From positions 3,360,001 through 3,424,000 of the forward strand of contig OZ244042.1 in NCBI GenBank assembly GCA_965215015.1: 64,000 nucleotides of DNA. The letters are read 5' to 3'. Shown piece by piece: positions 10,602-21,368 of this stretch. The position numbers were made by a program, and so were the translations under genes. The notes under the pieces are model-generated. The model saw only the letters and a list, made by a program, of their open reading frames with translations, was not told the DNA's origin and ran no database searches. Source of the stretch: Candidatus Poribacteria bacterium. Its GTDB lineage: Bacteria; Poribacteria; WGA-4E; PCPOR2b. The stretch's first letter is position 1; each line of letters begins with the position of its first letter.

Positions 10602-13600
10602 ATGTCATGTAGCCGCTCACATCTCCAAATGTCTGGAATCCGCGACAACCTGCGCCGGGGAACCGTCTATGAGTTCTTAGAGAAAGAAATTAAGAACGGC
10701 TCCGCGCTCTCCATCGTATCTGCCTACTTTACCATCTACGCCTTTGAGGCACTGCAAAAACCGTTGCACGAAATAAAGAACCTCCGCTTCTTGTTCGGCG
10801 ACCCGGGTTTTATCAAAGACCTTGACCCGAATAACACCCAAAAGAAAGCATTTGAGATTACTGATACAGGCTTGGCACTGAACAAGCAGCTCCAACAGAA
10901 GCCGATTGCCAAAGCGTGCGCTAAATGGATAAAAGAGAAAGTGGAAATTCGCACAACCCGAGAATCAAGCTTCCTCCACGGGAAAATGTATCACATCGTC
11001 AATAACGGTATTGAAAAGGCGATTCTGGGAAGCTCCAATTTTACCCTGCACGGTTTGGGGAAAAATTCCGGAGGCAGCAACATTGAACTCAATCTGGAGG
11101 TGGATAGCGACCGGGATCGCCGTGACCTGAAAGCATGGTTTGACGAAATCTGGGATGACGATAAACTCGTTGAAGATGCCAAAGCAAAAGTGCTTGCCAC
11201 GTTGGAACAGTTAGGGAAAGATCACGCGCCAGAACTCATCTATTACAAAACCCTCTACGAACTCTTCCGTGACGAGATCGAAACCCGAAACACCAACGAC
11301 CAAGCCCTTGAAGATACACATCTGTATGACACCAAAATCTGGGAAACGTTATTCGAGTTCCAGAAAGAGGGCGTAAAAAGCGTCATTGCCCGTCTATTGG
11401 GGCACAACGGTTGTATCTTGGCAGACAGTGTAGGGTTGGGAAAGACCTACACGGCACTGGCGGTTATCAAGTTCTTTGAATTGCGAAACGAACGCGTGCT
11501 CGTGTTATGTCCCAAAAAACTTCACGAAAATTGGGCACTCTATCCCGCATACAATGCCCAAAGCACCAATCCTTTCCTCGATGACAAGTTCGGTTACACG
11601 CTGCTATCGCATACCGACCTCTCCCGCTACACCGGCGAATCCGGCGAAATCAACTTGGAAAATCTCAATTGGGGCAACTTTGACATGGTGGTGATCGACG
11701 AATCACACAACTTCCGCAACGATACGAAGCCTGCGCGGGACAGCGACGGCAATATTATCCGGCATAGTCGCTACACACGACTCTTGGAGGAGGTTATCAA
11801 GGAAGGCGCCAAAACCAAGGTGCTGATGCTTTCGGCGACACCTGTGAACACATCACTCATTGACCTCCGTAACCAAATCTACCTCATGACCGAAAAGCGC
11901 GAGGATGTCTTCAGGGATAGTCTGGGCATCAGCAATATCGGTTCAATGCTGCGACAGGCGCAACAGGCATTCAAGAAATGGGAAGAGGATAGAGGCAAGA
12001 ACGGCAAAAGAGACAAAGCGAAGCTGCTGGAGACACTCGGTGCTGATTTTTTTCAATTGCTCGGTGGTATCTCTATCGCTCGCTCTCGACGGCATATTAA
12101 GACATTCTACGCCGAAGAAATGGGTCAAATTGGTGAGTTCCCCACCCCACAAAAACCAGAAAACTGCCATCCACTGACAGACTTGAAAGGTGCGCTCTCT
12201 TACAAAGCTTTGGCGGATCAGATAGGCGAATTCGCACTCTCCATCTATAGGCCTTCCAGCTATGTCATCAGCGAAGCAGTCAAACAACGATTGGCAGATG
12301 AAAGACGGAAGTTGCGTTTCAATCAAGAAGACCGCGAGCGATTCCTCATCGGTATGATGCAAACCAACTTTCTGAAACGTTTGGAAAGCTCTGCACACTC
12401 CCTCTCAGAGACACTTGGACGGACCGTCGGTAAAATTGACGCTATGCTGGCCAAGATTGCCCGCTACGAACAAAACTCGCATGTACAGGACGCCCAAGCC
12501 GATAGCCTGCCCGATGACGACGAAGACGATGAGGAATTTTTGGTTAACCGAGCGCGCAATCCGTATCACCTCCGCGAATTGGACTGCACCCGATGGAAAA
12601 AAGACCTCATCAAGGATAAGCAGACCTTAACCGCTGCGTGGGACAAAGTCAAAGCCATCACACCCGAACGAGACGGTAAACTCGAAGCAATCAAGTCGCA
12701 TATTCGGGATAAGGCACAAAACCCAACCCTCAACAAGGCCGGAGAACCCAACCGCAAGCTGCTCGTGTTCACTACCTTCAAAGACACGGCGGAGTACCTT
12801 TATGAAAACTTGCTGGACCTAGCGGCGGGATTAGGGATTAACATCGCCATGGTTTCTGGTGATGGTACGCGGACCACCTGCGGACAAAACAACTTCAACG
12901 CCATCTTAACGAACTTTGCCCCACGGGCACGGGGGCGCGCTGATGGAACAAGCGACGAAATCGATTTGCTCATCGCCACAGATTGCATCTCGGAGGGGCA
13001 AAATCTGCAGGATTGTGACACGGTACTGAACTACGACATCCATTGGAATCCCGTCCGTATCATTCAACGTTTTGGGCGCATTGATCGCATCGGAAGCAGA
13101 AATAAGGCAGTACGGATGATTAACTATTGGCCCACCAAGGACATGGAGGTCTATCTGCGCTTGCAAAGTCGCGTCGAGTCTCGCATGGCACTCGCCGATG
13201 CGGCAGCAAGCGGCGATGACGACCCGTTCAATGAATTCACGTATGAACAGGCACAGATGGAACTGAACTTCCGGGACGAGCAATTGAAGCAGCTTCGCGA
13301 AAATGTGCTAGATCTCGATGATCTCGACGATGGGGTTGTCATGAGCGATTTTACGCTTGACCACTTCTTTGCCCAGCTGCTAAAGTATCTCAAAAAAAAC
13401 AGGGCAGAATTAGAAGCTACGCCGAAGGGGGCCTACGCGGTCACCAATAACCCAGACAATCCAGCAGAAACCGGTGTCATCTTCTTGCTCCAGCAACTTA
13501 ACGCCACAACGGATAATGAGAAAAAGACACCGAGTCCTATCTATCCCTATTACACAGTCTACATTCGCAAAAATGGTGACATCCGTTACGGCTGTGCAAA

Positions 13601-13898
13601 TGCCAAACAGGTGCTGGATTTATTTGAAGCGTCGGCTGTCGGAAAGAGCGATCTATTGCAAGAGTTGTGTCTTCAATTCGACCAAGAAACCCACAACGGC
13701 AAAAACATGGAAAGCTACAACAAACTTCTGAACGCTGTCATCGCTCACATCACACGATCGCATAAAAAGACCCAAACCCAAAACTTGGGGAGAGGCGGCA
13801 CCCGCGGCTTCAAACTGCCGGTAGCATCTAAAACGCCTAGAGACTCCGGTGATTTTGAATTAGTAACGTGGTTGATTATCACAACCCTTCAGTCATGA
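10602..13898 (+). CDS. PLD-family nuclease fused to SNF2-type SF2 helicase (restriction/defence subunit)
   Basis: N-terminal HxK motif (LHGKMY...GSSNFT); LADSVGLGKT, IDESHNFRN, LSATP, GQNLQD, YDIHWNP..IQRFGRIDRIG. Confidence 0.9.
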   Translation: MSCSRSHLQMSGIRDNLRRGTVYEFLEKEIKNGSALSIVSAYFTIYAFEALQKPLHEIKNLRFLFGDPGFIKDLDPNNTQKKAFEITDTGLALNKQLQQKPIAKACAKWIKEKVEIRTTRESSFLHGKMYHIVNNGIEKAILGSSNFTLHGLGKNSGGSNIELNLEVDSDRDRRDLKAWFDEIWDDDKLVEDAKAKVLATLEQLGKDHAPELIYYKTLYELFRDEIETRNTNDQALEDTHLYDTKIWETLFEFQKEGVKSVIARLLGHNGCILADSVGLGKTYTALAVIKFFELRNERVLVLCPKKLHENWALYPAYNAQSTNPFLDDKFGYTLLSHTDLSRYTGESGEINLENLNWGNFDMVVIDESHNFRNDTKPARDSDGNIIRHSRYTRLLEEVIKEGAKTKVLMLSATPVNTSLIDLRNQIYLMTEKREDVFRDSLGISNIGSMLRQAQQAFKKWEEDRGKNGKRDKAKLLETLGADFFQLLGGISIARSRRHIKTFYAEEMGQIGEFPTPQKPENCHPLTDLKGALSYKALADQIGEFALSIYRPSSYVISEAVKQRLADERRKLRFNQEDRERFLIGMMQTNFLKRLESSAHSLSETLGRTVGKIDAMLAKIARYEQNSHVQDAQADSLPDDDEDDEEFLVNRARNPYHLRELDCTRWKKDLIKDKQTLTAAWDKVKAITPERDGKLEAIKSHIRDKAQNPTLNKAGEPNRKLLVFTTFKDTAEYLYENLLDLAAGLGINIAMVSGDGTRTTCGQNNFNAILTNFAPRARGRADGTSDEIDLLIATDCISEGQNLQDCDTVLNYDIHWNPVRIIQRFGRIDRIGSRNKAVRMINYWPTKDMEVYLRLQSRVESRMALADAAASGDDDPFNEFTYEQAQMELNFRDEQLKQLRENVLDLDDLDDGVVMSDFTLDHFFAQLLKYLKKNRAELEATPKGAYAVTNNPDNPAETGVIFLLQQLNATTDNEKKTPSPIYPYYTVYIRKNGDIRYGCANAKQVLDLFEASAVGKSDLLQELCLQFDQETHNGKNMESYNKLLNAVIAHITRSHKKTQTQNLGRGGTRGFKLPVASKTPRDSGDFELVTWLIITTLQS

Positions 13899-13952
13899 AA
13901 CGGTTTGTCGTAGAGCGATTGACCGTCCGTCAATTTTGCAAAAGGAAATCAC

Positions 13953-16900
13953 GTGAACAAAGAAACTGTTAAGTCTGTCTTAATGGCAATGCCTACCGGC
14001 GATTTTTTAGAAAAGTCAAAAGACCTCTTGGCAACCTTGGGGTACCACAGCGAACGGACTCTCGAACTTTCGGGAACTGTGGATGACTTCATTCAAGAAT
14101 TTGAAGCACTGAACCCACACACTAAAACAGAACGGGAATTCCGCAAAAACGCTGAATCCGTGGAACTTGTGTTCCAGTTTACAAAAGACGAAATCGCCGA
14201 TGACCTGCAGCAGACGCTTTTTAAATCGGCTTCCTTCGACAGGGCAAATACGGACAGTTTCATTTTCTGTGCAGTCGAGTTAAAAGATAACAACTACTCC
14301 CGGACCAAATACGCTGAGTTTACACGGGAAATCAACAAACGGTTGAATACACCGACTGTAGGGTTGTTTCGCGTTGCCAATCGTCTCACTGTGGGTTTTA
14401 CCGACCGCCGTCCACACAAAACTGATGAGGAGCGTGATGTGTTGGGGCAGGTCACGCTGATTAAGGACATCCGCCTAAACAATCCACATCGCGCCCATCT
14501 GGACCTCCTCTCCGATCTCTCACTGGAAGAATGTGCAGCGTGGATCGACACCCATAACGAACCGAAAAACTTCGATGGGCTACTGGCAGCATGGCTCGCC
14601 AAACTGGACACCGAAGCCCTCAACAAGCAGTTCTACCGGCAGTTGTTCGACTGGTTTGAATGGGCGGTCGCTGAAGCGAAGTTCCCCACAAACGAAAAAA
14701 AGATACTCAACCCACAGGAACACGTTATCCGTTTAATTACGCGCCTGCTCTTTATCTGGTTTCTAAAGGAAAAAGGCCTGGTCGCCGATGAACTGTTCAA
14801 TCAAACACAGATTCAAGACCTGTTGACAGAGACTGATTTTGATAACGGCAATTCCTACTATCGCGTCGTGCTGCAAAACCTCTTTTTCGCCACGCTAAAC
14901 ACCGAGATAGACAAACGAGGGTTTAGCACGGGGACAAACACCAAACATCGAGATTTTTCATGCTATCGCTACGAAGCTGAAATGCGTGATTCAGATGCGC
15001 TGCTGGCACTGTTCGTGCAAACGCCGTTTATCAACGGCGGCCTATTTGATTGCCTGGACAGTGAGGAGGCAACTGGCTATGGCGGTTATCGTATTGATTG
15101 CTTTTCCGATGTCCACTACAAGAAGCTGCACATTCCCAACCGTCTCTTCTTTGACGAACAACGCGGTCTGTTTCCCTTGCTCAACCACTATAAGTTTACT
15201 GTCGAGGAAAACACACCCATAGAACAAGAGGTCGCCTTAGACCCCGAGCTACTCGGTAAGGTGTTTGAAAACCTGCTTGCAGCCTATAACCCAGAAACCG
15301 GCGTAACAGCGCGCAGGCAGACCGGTTCCTACTACACCCCGCGCCCGATTGTGGACTACATGGTAGAAGAGGTGTTAGTCGCCACGTTATCTCAGAAATG
15401 CAGCCCAACCGAAGGCAATGCGGAGTTTTGGGAGGAGAGGCTGCGCTATCTGTTCAATTACGCGCTACAATTTGACGCTGCTAACGAATGGTTTGATGAC
15501 GAGGAAACAGACGGGGTTATGCGGGCAATCTCCGAACTCAAGATACTTGATCCGGCAGTCGGTTCCGGTGCGTTTCCGATGGGTATGTTGCACAAGCTGA
15601 CGCTCGCACTCCGTCGGCTTGACCCGGACAACACGCGATGGGAAACATTGCAAAAGGGACTTGCCATAGAGAAGGCGAAAAGAGCATTTGATACAAAAGG
15701 CCAACAAGAACGCGATGCCGCACTTCAGGAAATCAGTTCCACTTTTGAACGGTATAGGGATTCAGACTTCGGGCGGAAGTTATACCTGATTCAGAGCAGC
15801 ATCTTCGGCGTGGATATTCAACCTGTGGCTTGCCAGATTGCCAAGCTCCGTTTTTTTATTTCGCTTGCCATCGAGCAGGAAACGAACAGGGCCCTGGAAA
15901 ACTTTGGCATCAAGCCGTTGCCGAATTTGGAGACACGTTTTATCGCGGCGAATACGCTAATAGGCCTCAAAGGAGAACAACGACTGACAAGCAAAATGGC
16001 ACAGGACTTAGAGCGTGAATTGCTCGATAACCGCGAGCGACATTTTCATGCAACCACACGTCAGCAAAAACTTGCGTGTAAGAAGGCTGACAAAAGGTTG
16101 CGCGTCGAATTAGCAACAGAGCTAAAGGAAATCGGCATGCCCGCCGAGGACGCGGAAAAACTTGCCCATTGGGACCTTTATGACCAGAACGCTAGTGCCA
16201 ATTTTTTTGACCCAGAATGGATGTTAGGCATCAGGGACGGGTTTGATGTGGTGATTGGGAATCCGCCATATATTAAGGAATATACATTTAAGCACGCATT
16301 CGATGGGCTTCGAGAGTCTCCTTACTATCAGGGTAAAATGGATATTTGGTATATGTTCGTCTGTAAGGGATTGGATATATCAAAAAATAGTGGAGGTATG
16401 GTCACATTCATTGCTCAGAATAATTGGGTTACCAGTTCTGGTGCTTCAAAGATGAGAAATAAAGTTATTAAGGACGCACAGGTTTTGAGCTTCATAGATT
16501 TTGGTAGCTTCAAGATCTTTGAATCTGGCATACAAACGATGATAATGATTTTCAGAAAAAACACGGCCTCTGACAGCTACTCGTTTGATTACAGGCGACT
16601 GCATGGACCTAACCTTAACATCAACGATGTTATATTGCTTCTGAATAAAGATAAAAATAATAAAGCAGAATACTTAACACCTACGATTAAAAGAAGTGAA
16701 TATACAGGTAGAACTTTGACATTTAGCGATCCTGAAGTTGAACTGATTCTTGAGAAGATTTCATTAAAGCGTAATTTTCATCTGGATCCCAACAAGGAAG
16801 TTGCTCAAGGAATAGTTTATCCTCAAGATCGTATAAATAAAGTGAGTCAAAGCATTTTGAATAGTAACTTTAAAGTAGGAGGTGGAATTTTCGCTCTAAG

Positions 16901-17579
16901 CCAAAAAGAGAAAGACCAAATACCATTTACAAAAAAGGAATTGAATTTAATAAAGCCCGCCTATACAACGAAAGAATTACACCGTTATTATGGAAATCCT
17001 GTAAACCAAGAGTGGGTTATCTATACGGATTCTAGCTTTAAAGACAAGAAAAAGATTGAGAATTACCCAAACATAAAAACACATCTGGATCAATTTCGGA
17101 AGGTTATCACATCTGACAACAAACCTTATGGTCTACACAGAGCCAGAAAGGCATATTTTTTTCAGGGAGAGAAGATCCTATCCGTAAGAAAATGTGCAAG
17201 ACCCACATTTACTTATGTCGATTTTGAGAGTTATGTTTCAGCAACTTTTTATGTTATTAAAACGGAAAGAACGAATCAAAAGTACCTAACTGGGCTTCTA
17301 AATTCGAGACTTATCGCCCTTTGGTTAAAGCATAGAGGGAAAATGCAGGGGACAAATTATCAAATAGACAAACAGCCCTTATTAGCAATACCTCTGTTTT
17401 CACCTGCATTGGAACAGCAAACCTTGGTTGAAATTTTAGTTAATCAGATTCTTGATGCCAAACGCACAGACCTAGCCGCAGATGTTATCGCCCTTGAGAG
17501 TAAGATTGATCATTTGGTATATTCGTTATACAACTTAACTCCTGAAGAAGTTGCGATTGTGGAGGCAGCAGAGGGGTAA
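13953..17579 (+). CDS. Eco57I/type IIG-like N6-adenine DNA methyltransferase with C-terminal TRD, copy 1
   Basis: GSYYTP, LDPAVGSGAF (SAM binding), FGVDIQ, FDVVIGNPPY; AT-rich TaqI-C-like tail (LLNS..). Confidence 0.92.
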   Translation: MNKETVKSVLMAMPTGDFLEKSKDLLATLGYHSERTLELSGTVDDFIQEFEALNPHTKTEREFRKNAESVELVFQFTKDEIADDLQQTLFKSASFDRANTDSFIFCAVELKDNNYSRTKYAEFTREINKRLNTPTVGLFRVANRLTVGFTDRRPHKTDEERDVLGQVTLIKDIRLNNPHRAHLDLLSDLSLEECAAWIDTHNEPKNFDGLLAAWLAKLDTEALNKQFYRQLFDWFEWAVAEAKFPTNEKKILNPQEHVIRLITRLLFIWFLKEKGLVADELFNQTQIQDLLTETDFDNGNSYYRVVLQNLFFATLNTEIDKRGFSTGTNTKHRDFSCYRYEAEMRDSDALLALFVQTPFINGGLFDCLDSEEATGYGGYRIDCFSDVHYKKLHIPNRLFFDEQRGLFPLLNHYKFTVEENTPIEQEVALDPELLGKVFENLLAAYNPETGVTARRQTGSYYTPRPIVDYMVEEVLVATLSQKCSPTEGNAEFWEERLRYLFNYALQFDAANEWFDDEETDGVMRAISELKILDPAVGSGAFPMGMLHKLTLALRRLDPDNTRWETLQKGLAIEKAKRAFDTKGQQERDAALQEISSTFERYRDSDFGRKLYLIQSSIFGVDIQPVACQIAKLRFFISLAIEQETNRALENFGIKPLPNLETRFIAANTLIGLKGEQRLTSKMAQDLERELLDNRERHFHATTRQQKLACKKADKRLRVELATELKEIGMPAEDAEKLAHWDLYDQNASANFFDPEWMLGIRDGFDVVIGNPPYIKEYTFKHAFDGLRESPYYQGKMDIWYMFVCKGLDISKNSGGMVTFIAQNNWVTSSGASKMRNKVIKDAQVLSFIDFGSFKIFESGIQTMIMIFRKNTASDSYSFDYRRLHGPNLNINDVILLLNKDKNNKAEYLTPTIKRSEYTGRTLTFSDPEVELILEKISLKRNFHLDPNKEVAQGIVYPQDRINKVSQSILNSNFKVGGGIFALSQKEKDQIPFTKKELNLIKPAYTTKELHRYYGNPVNQEWVIYTDSSFKDKKKIENYPNIKTHLDQFRKVITSDNKPYGLHRARKAYFFQGEKILSVRKCARPTFTYVDFESYVSATFYVIKTERTNQKYLTGLLNSRLIALWLKHRGKMQGTNYQIDKQPLLAIPLFSPALEQQTLVEILVNQILDAKRTDLAADVIALESKIDHLVYSLYNLTPEEVAIVEAAEG

Positions 17580-17628
17580 ATTATCCGAATCTCGGATTGC
17601 ACAAATTGCACGGATCTTTAGAATCCGT

Positions 17629-17784
17629 GCTCACATCACGCGATCGCATAAAAAGACCCAAACCCAAAACTTGGGGCGAGGCGGCACCCGCGGCTTCAAA
17701 CTGCCGGTGGCCTCTAAAACGCCTAGAGACTCCGGTGACTTTGAATTAGTAACGTGGTTGATTATCACAACCCTTCAGTCATGA
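17629..17784 (+). pseudogene. Duplicated 3' fragment of the PLD-helicase gene
   Basis: Encodes AHITRSHKKTQ...IITTLQS, identical to the last 51 residues of the helicase. Confidence 0.9.
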
Positions 17785-17838
17785 AACGGTTTGTCGTAGG
17801 GCGATTGACAGTCCGTCAATTTTGCAAAAGGACATCAT

Positions 17839-20800
17839 GTGAACAAAGAAACTGTTAAGTCTGTCTTAATGGCAATGCCTACCGGCGATTTTTTAGAAAA
17901 GTCAAAAGACCTCTTGGCAACCTTGGGGTACCACAGCGAACGGACTCTCGAACTTTCAGGAACTGTGGATGACTTCATTCAAGAATTTGAAGCACTGAAC
18001 CCAAACACTAAAACAGAACGGGAATTCCGCAAAAACGCCGAATCCGTGGAACTTGTGTTCCAGTTTACAAAAGACGAAATCGCCGATGACCTGCAGCAGA
18101 CGCTTTTTAAATCGGTTTCCTTCGACAGGGCAAATACGGACAGTTTCATTTTCTGTGCAGTCGAGTTAAAAGATAACAACTACTCCCGGACCAAATACGC
18201 TGAGTTTACACGGGAAATCAACAAACGGTTGAATACACCGACTGTAGTGTTGTTTCGCGTTGCCAATCGTCTCACTGTGGGTTTTACCGACCGCCGTCCA
18301 CACAAAACTGATGAGGAGCGTGATGTGTTGGGGCAGGTCACGCTGATTAAGGACATCCGCCTAAACAATCCACATCGCGCCCATCTGGACCTCCTCTCCG
18401 ATCTCTCACTGGAAGAATGTGCAGCGTGGATCGACACCCATAACGAACCGAAAAACTTCGACGGGCTGCTGGCAGCATGGCTCGCTAAACTGGACACCGA
18501 ATCCCTCAACAAGCAGTTCTACCGACAGTTGTTCGACTGGTTTGAATGGGCGGTCGCTGAAGCGAAGTTCCCCACAAATGAAAAAAAGACACTCAACCCG
18601 CAGGAACACGTTATCCGCTTAATTACGCGCCTGCTCTTTATCTGGTTTCTAAAGGAAAAAGGCCTGGTTGCCGATGAACTGTTCAATCAAACACAGATTC
18701 AAGACCTGTTGACAGAGACTGACTTTGATAATGGCAATTCCTACTATCGCGTCGTGCTGCAAAACCTCTTTTTCGCTACGCTAAACACCGAGATAGACAA
18801 GCGAGGGTTTAGCACGGGGACAAACACCAAACATCGAGATTTTTCATGCTATCGCTACGAAGCAGAAATGCGCGATTCAGATGCGCTGCTGGCACTGTTC
18901 GTGCAAACGCCGTTTATCAACGGCGGCCTATTTGATTGCCTGGACAGTGAGGAGGCAACTGGCTATGGCGGTTATCGTATTGATTGCTTTTCCGATGTCC
19001 ACTACAAGAGGCTGCACATTCCTAACTGTCTCTTCTTTGACGAACAACGGGGGCTGTTTCCCTTGTTCAACTACTATAAGTTTACTGTCGAGGAAAACAC
19101 ACCCATAGAACAAGAGGTCGCCTTAGACCCCGAACTACTCGGTAAGGTGTTTGAAAACCTGCTTGCAGCCTATAACCCGGAAACCGGCGTAACAGCGCGC
19201 AAACAGACCGGTTCCTACTACACCCCACGCCCGATTGTGGACTACATGGTGGAAGAGGCGTTAGTCGCCACGTTATCCCAAAAATGCAGCCCAACCGATG
19301 GCAATGCGGAGTTTTGGGAGGAGCGGTTGCGCTATCTGCTCAATTACGCGCTACAATTTGACGATGCTAACGAATGGTTTGATGACGAGGAAACAGACGG
19401 GGTTATGCGGGCAATTTCCGAACTCAAGATACTTGATCCGGCAGTCGGTTCCGGTGCGTTTCCGATGGGTATGTTGCACAAGCTGACGCTCGCACTCCGT
19501 CGGCTTGACCCAGACAACACGCGATGGGAAACATTGCAAAAGGGACTTGCCATAGAGAAGGCGAAAAGAGCAGTTGACACAAAGGGCCACCAACAAGAAC
19601 ACGATGCCGCACTTCAGGAAATCAGTTCCACTTTTGAACGGTATAGGGATTCAGACTTCGGGCGGAAGTTATACCTGATTCAGAACAGCATCTTTGGCGT
19701 AGATATTCAACCTGTGGCTTGCCAGATTGCCAAGCTCCGTTTTTTTATTTCGCTTGCCATCGAGCAGGAAACGAACAGGGCCCTGGAAAACTTTGGCATC
19801 AAGCCGTTGCCGAATTTGGAGACCCGTTTTATCGCGGCGAATACGCTCATAGGCCTCAAAGGAGAACAACGACTGACAAGCAAGACAGCACAGGACTTAG
19901 AGCGTGAATTGCTCGATAACCGCGAGCGACATTTTCATGCAACCACGCGTCAGCAAAAACTTGCCTGTAAGAAAGATGACAAAAGGTTGCGCGTCGGATT
20001 AGCAACAGAGCTAAAGGAAATCGGCATGCCCGCCGAGGACGCGGAAAAACTTGCCCATTGGGACCTTTATGACCAGAACGCTAGTGCCAATTTTTTTGAC
20101 CCAGAATGGATGTTAGGCATCAGGGACGGGTTTGATGTGGTGATTGGGAATCCACCGTATTCCAAGGGCGAGAATTTGAACCTCACAGATCGTCAACAGT
20201 TGAGACAAAATTACGGCTGGTCTGGCGATTTATACGACTACTTTATCTTTAGAGGGTTTACTCTCGTCCGTGAAAAAGGAATCTTTTCGTACATCGCCAA
20301 TGATAGTTATGTTACCCTGCCCACCAAGCGCAGAATCAGAAACCTGTTTTTGCAAAACCGACTCCTTCATCTCGTCAAGGCACCGGCACATACCTTTGAA
20401 ACTTCTATTTATACGGCTATCTTTATACTGTTGAAATGCGGAGCAGACGGTTCACACACCTACATGACGGGCGAAATGAACTTTCCCGATTTCCAATATC
20501 ACGTAAGCGGCGCAGTTGAATACACAAAAATTCACAGGATGCTGGACAAGAAATTCCTATCGAATGCGGAGAATAGCTGGGTGTTGCAGCTCCTTGCACT
20601 TGAAAATATGGAAAAATTCTGTCGAGTTTTGGACACAGGTATTCATTCTGGAAATGTCAGAGCCAAAATTTTCTTCAAGGAAAACAACGGAAAAAGGCAT
20701 CGGCTATTGCAGGGGCGGCAGATTCAACGATTTGCCTTGAATTGGAATTCACCGGCAGCAAAATACCGGTTTTGCGATATTAACTATAAACCACTTCCAA

Positions 20801-21318
20801 TTCCCGGAATTGGGCGAGGAGGGAAACCAAGTAACCAAAACGAATATTGGCATTTTTGTGGTGATATTGAGAACCATCACCAACCTGAACGACTATTCAT
20901 ACGTCAGACTGACGATGATTTAATAGTCGCTTATCACAGCGAGGCAGAGTCAGGACGTTTTTACACAGATAACACGCTCCATACGATTCTTCCCAAATTT
21001 CAAAAAACTAAATTAAAGTATTTTTTGGCGTTGTTCAATAGCCGGTTGCTGAACTTTGTCTATCACTTTATTTCTCAGGAACAACGCAAAAGTCAAGCAC
21101 AAGTAAAAATTAGCGTTGTGAAAAAATTGCCGGTGGTTGTCCCTGCTGAGGATGAGCAACGTCGAGTTATTGCTTTGGTGGACAAAATCCTTGCGGCAAA
21201 AGCCGCCAACTTGGATGCGGATACCATTGAATTTGAAAAAGAAATTGACCATCTCGTATATTCCTTATATAACCTAACACTGGAAGATATTGCGGTTGTG
21301 GAGGCAGCAGAGGGGTAA
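17839..21318 (+). CDS. Eco57I/type IIG-like N6-adenine DNA methyltransferase, copy 2 with a different TRD
   Basis: Near-identical to copy 1 up to GNPPY (20149-20160), unrelated afterwards until IDHLVYSLYNLT. Confidence 0.92.
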   Translation: MNKETVKSVLMAMPTGDFLEKSKDLLATLGYHSERTLELSGTVDDFIQEFEALNPNTKTEREFRKNAESVELVFQFTKDEIADDLQQTLFKSVSFDRANTDSFIFCAVELKDNNYSRTKYAEFTREINKRLNTPTVVLFRVANRLTVGFTDRRPHKTDEERDVLGQVTLIKDIRLNNPHRAHLDLLSDLSLEECAAWIDTHNEPKNFDGLLAAWLAKLDTESLNKQFYRQLFDWFEWAVAEAKFPTNEKKTLNPQEHVIRLITRLLFIWFLKEKGLVADELFNQTQIQDLLTETDFDNGNSYYRVVLQNLFFATLNTEIDKRGFSTGTNTKHRDFSCYRYEAEMRDSDALLALFVQTPFINGGLFDCLDSEEATGYGGYRIDCFSDVHYKRLHIPNCLFFDEQRGLFPLFNYYKFTVEENTPIEQEVALDPELLGKVFENLLAAYNPETGVTARKQTGSYYTPRPIVDYMVEEALVATLSQKCSPTDGNAEFWEERLRYLLNYALQFDDANEWFDDEETDGVMRAISELKILDPAVGSGAFPMGMLHKLTLALRRLDPDNTRWETLQKGLAIEKAKRAVDTKGHQQEHDAALQEISSTFERYRDSDFGRKLYLIQNSIFGVDIQPVACQIAKLRFFISLAIEQETNRALENFGIKPLPNLETRFIAANTLIGLKGEQRLTSKTAQDLERELLDNRERHFHATTRQQKLACKKDDKRLRVGLATELKEIGMPAEDAEKLAHWDLYDQNASANFFDPEWMLGIRDGFDVVIGNPPYSKGENLNLTDRQQLRQNYGWSGDLYDYFIFRGFTLVREKGIFSYIANDSYVTLPTKRRIRNLFLQNRLLHLVKAPAHTFETSIYTAIFILLKCGADGSHTYMTGEMNFPDFQYHVSGAVEYTKIHRMLDKKFLSNAENSWVLQLLALENMEKFCRVLDTGIHSGNVRAKIFFKENNGKRHRLLQGRQIQRFALNWNSPAAKYRFCDINYKPLPIPGIGRGGKPSNQNEYWHFCGDIENHHQPERLFIRQTDDDLIVAYHSEAESGRFYTDNTLHTILPKFQKTKLKYFLALFNSRLLNFVYHFISQEQRKSQAQVKISVVKKLPVVVPAEDEQRRVIALVDKILAAKAANLDADTIEFEKEIDHLVYSLYNLTLEDIAVVEAAEG

Positions 21319-21368
21319 ATTATCCGAATCTCGGATTGCACAAATTGCACGGATCTTTAGAATCCGTG

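Larger units (their letters stand above)
13743..21368 (+). repeat. Tandem duplication, unit 1 13743-17628 and unit 2 17629-21368
   Basis: Helicase 3' end, intergenic region and MTase 5' two-thirds are near-identical between units. Homology resumes at about 17505/21244 and runs to the end of an AATCCGTG element. Confidence 0.95.

Noticed and set aside
10602-21318. Complete DISARM or BREX system
   Set aside because: No DrmA/DrmB (DUF1998), PglZ or BrxC-like genes are visible.
13953-21318. Diversity-generating retroelement or invertible shufflon
   Set aside because: No reverse transcriptase or recombinase; the copies are direct repeats and the differences are not adenine-specific.
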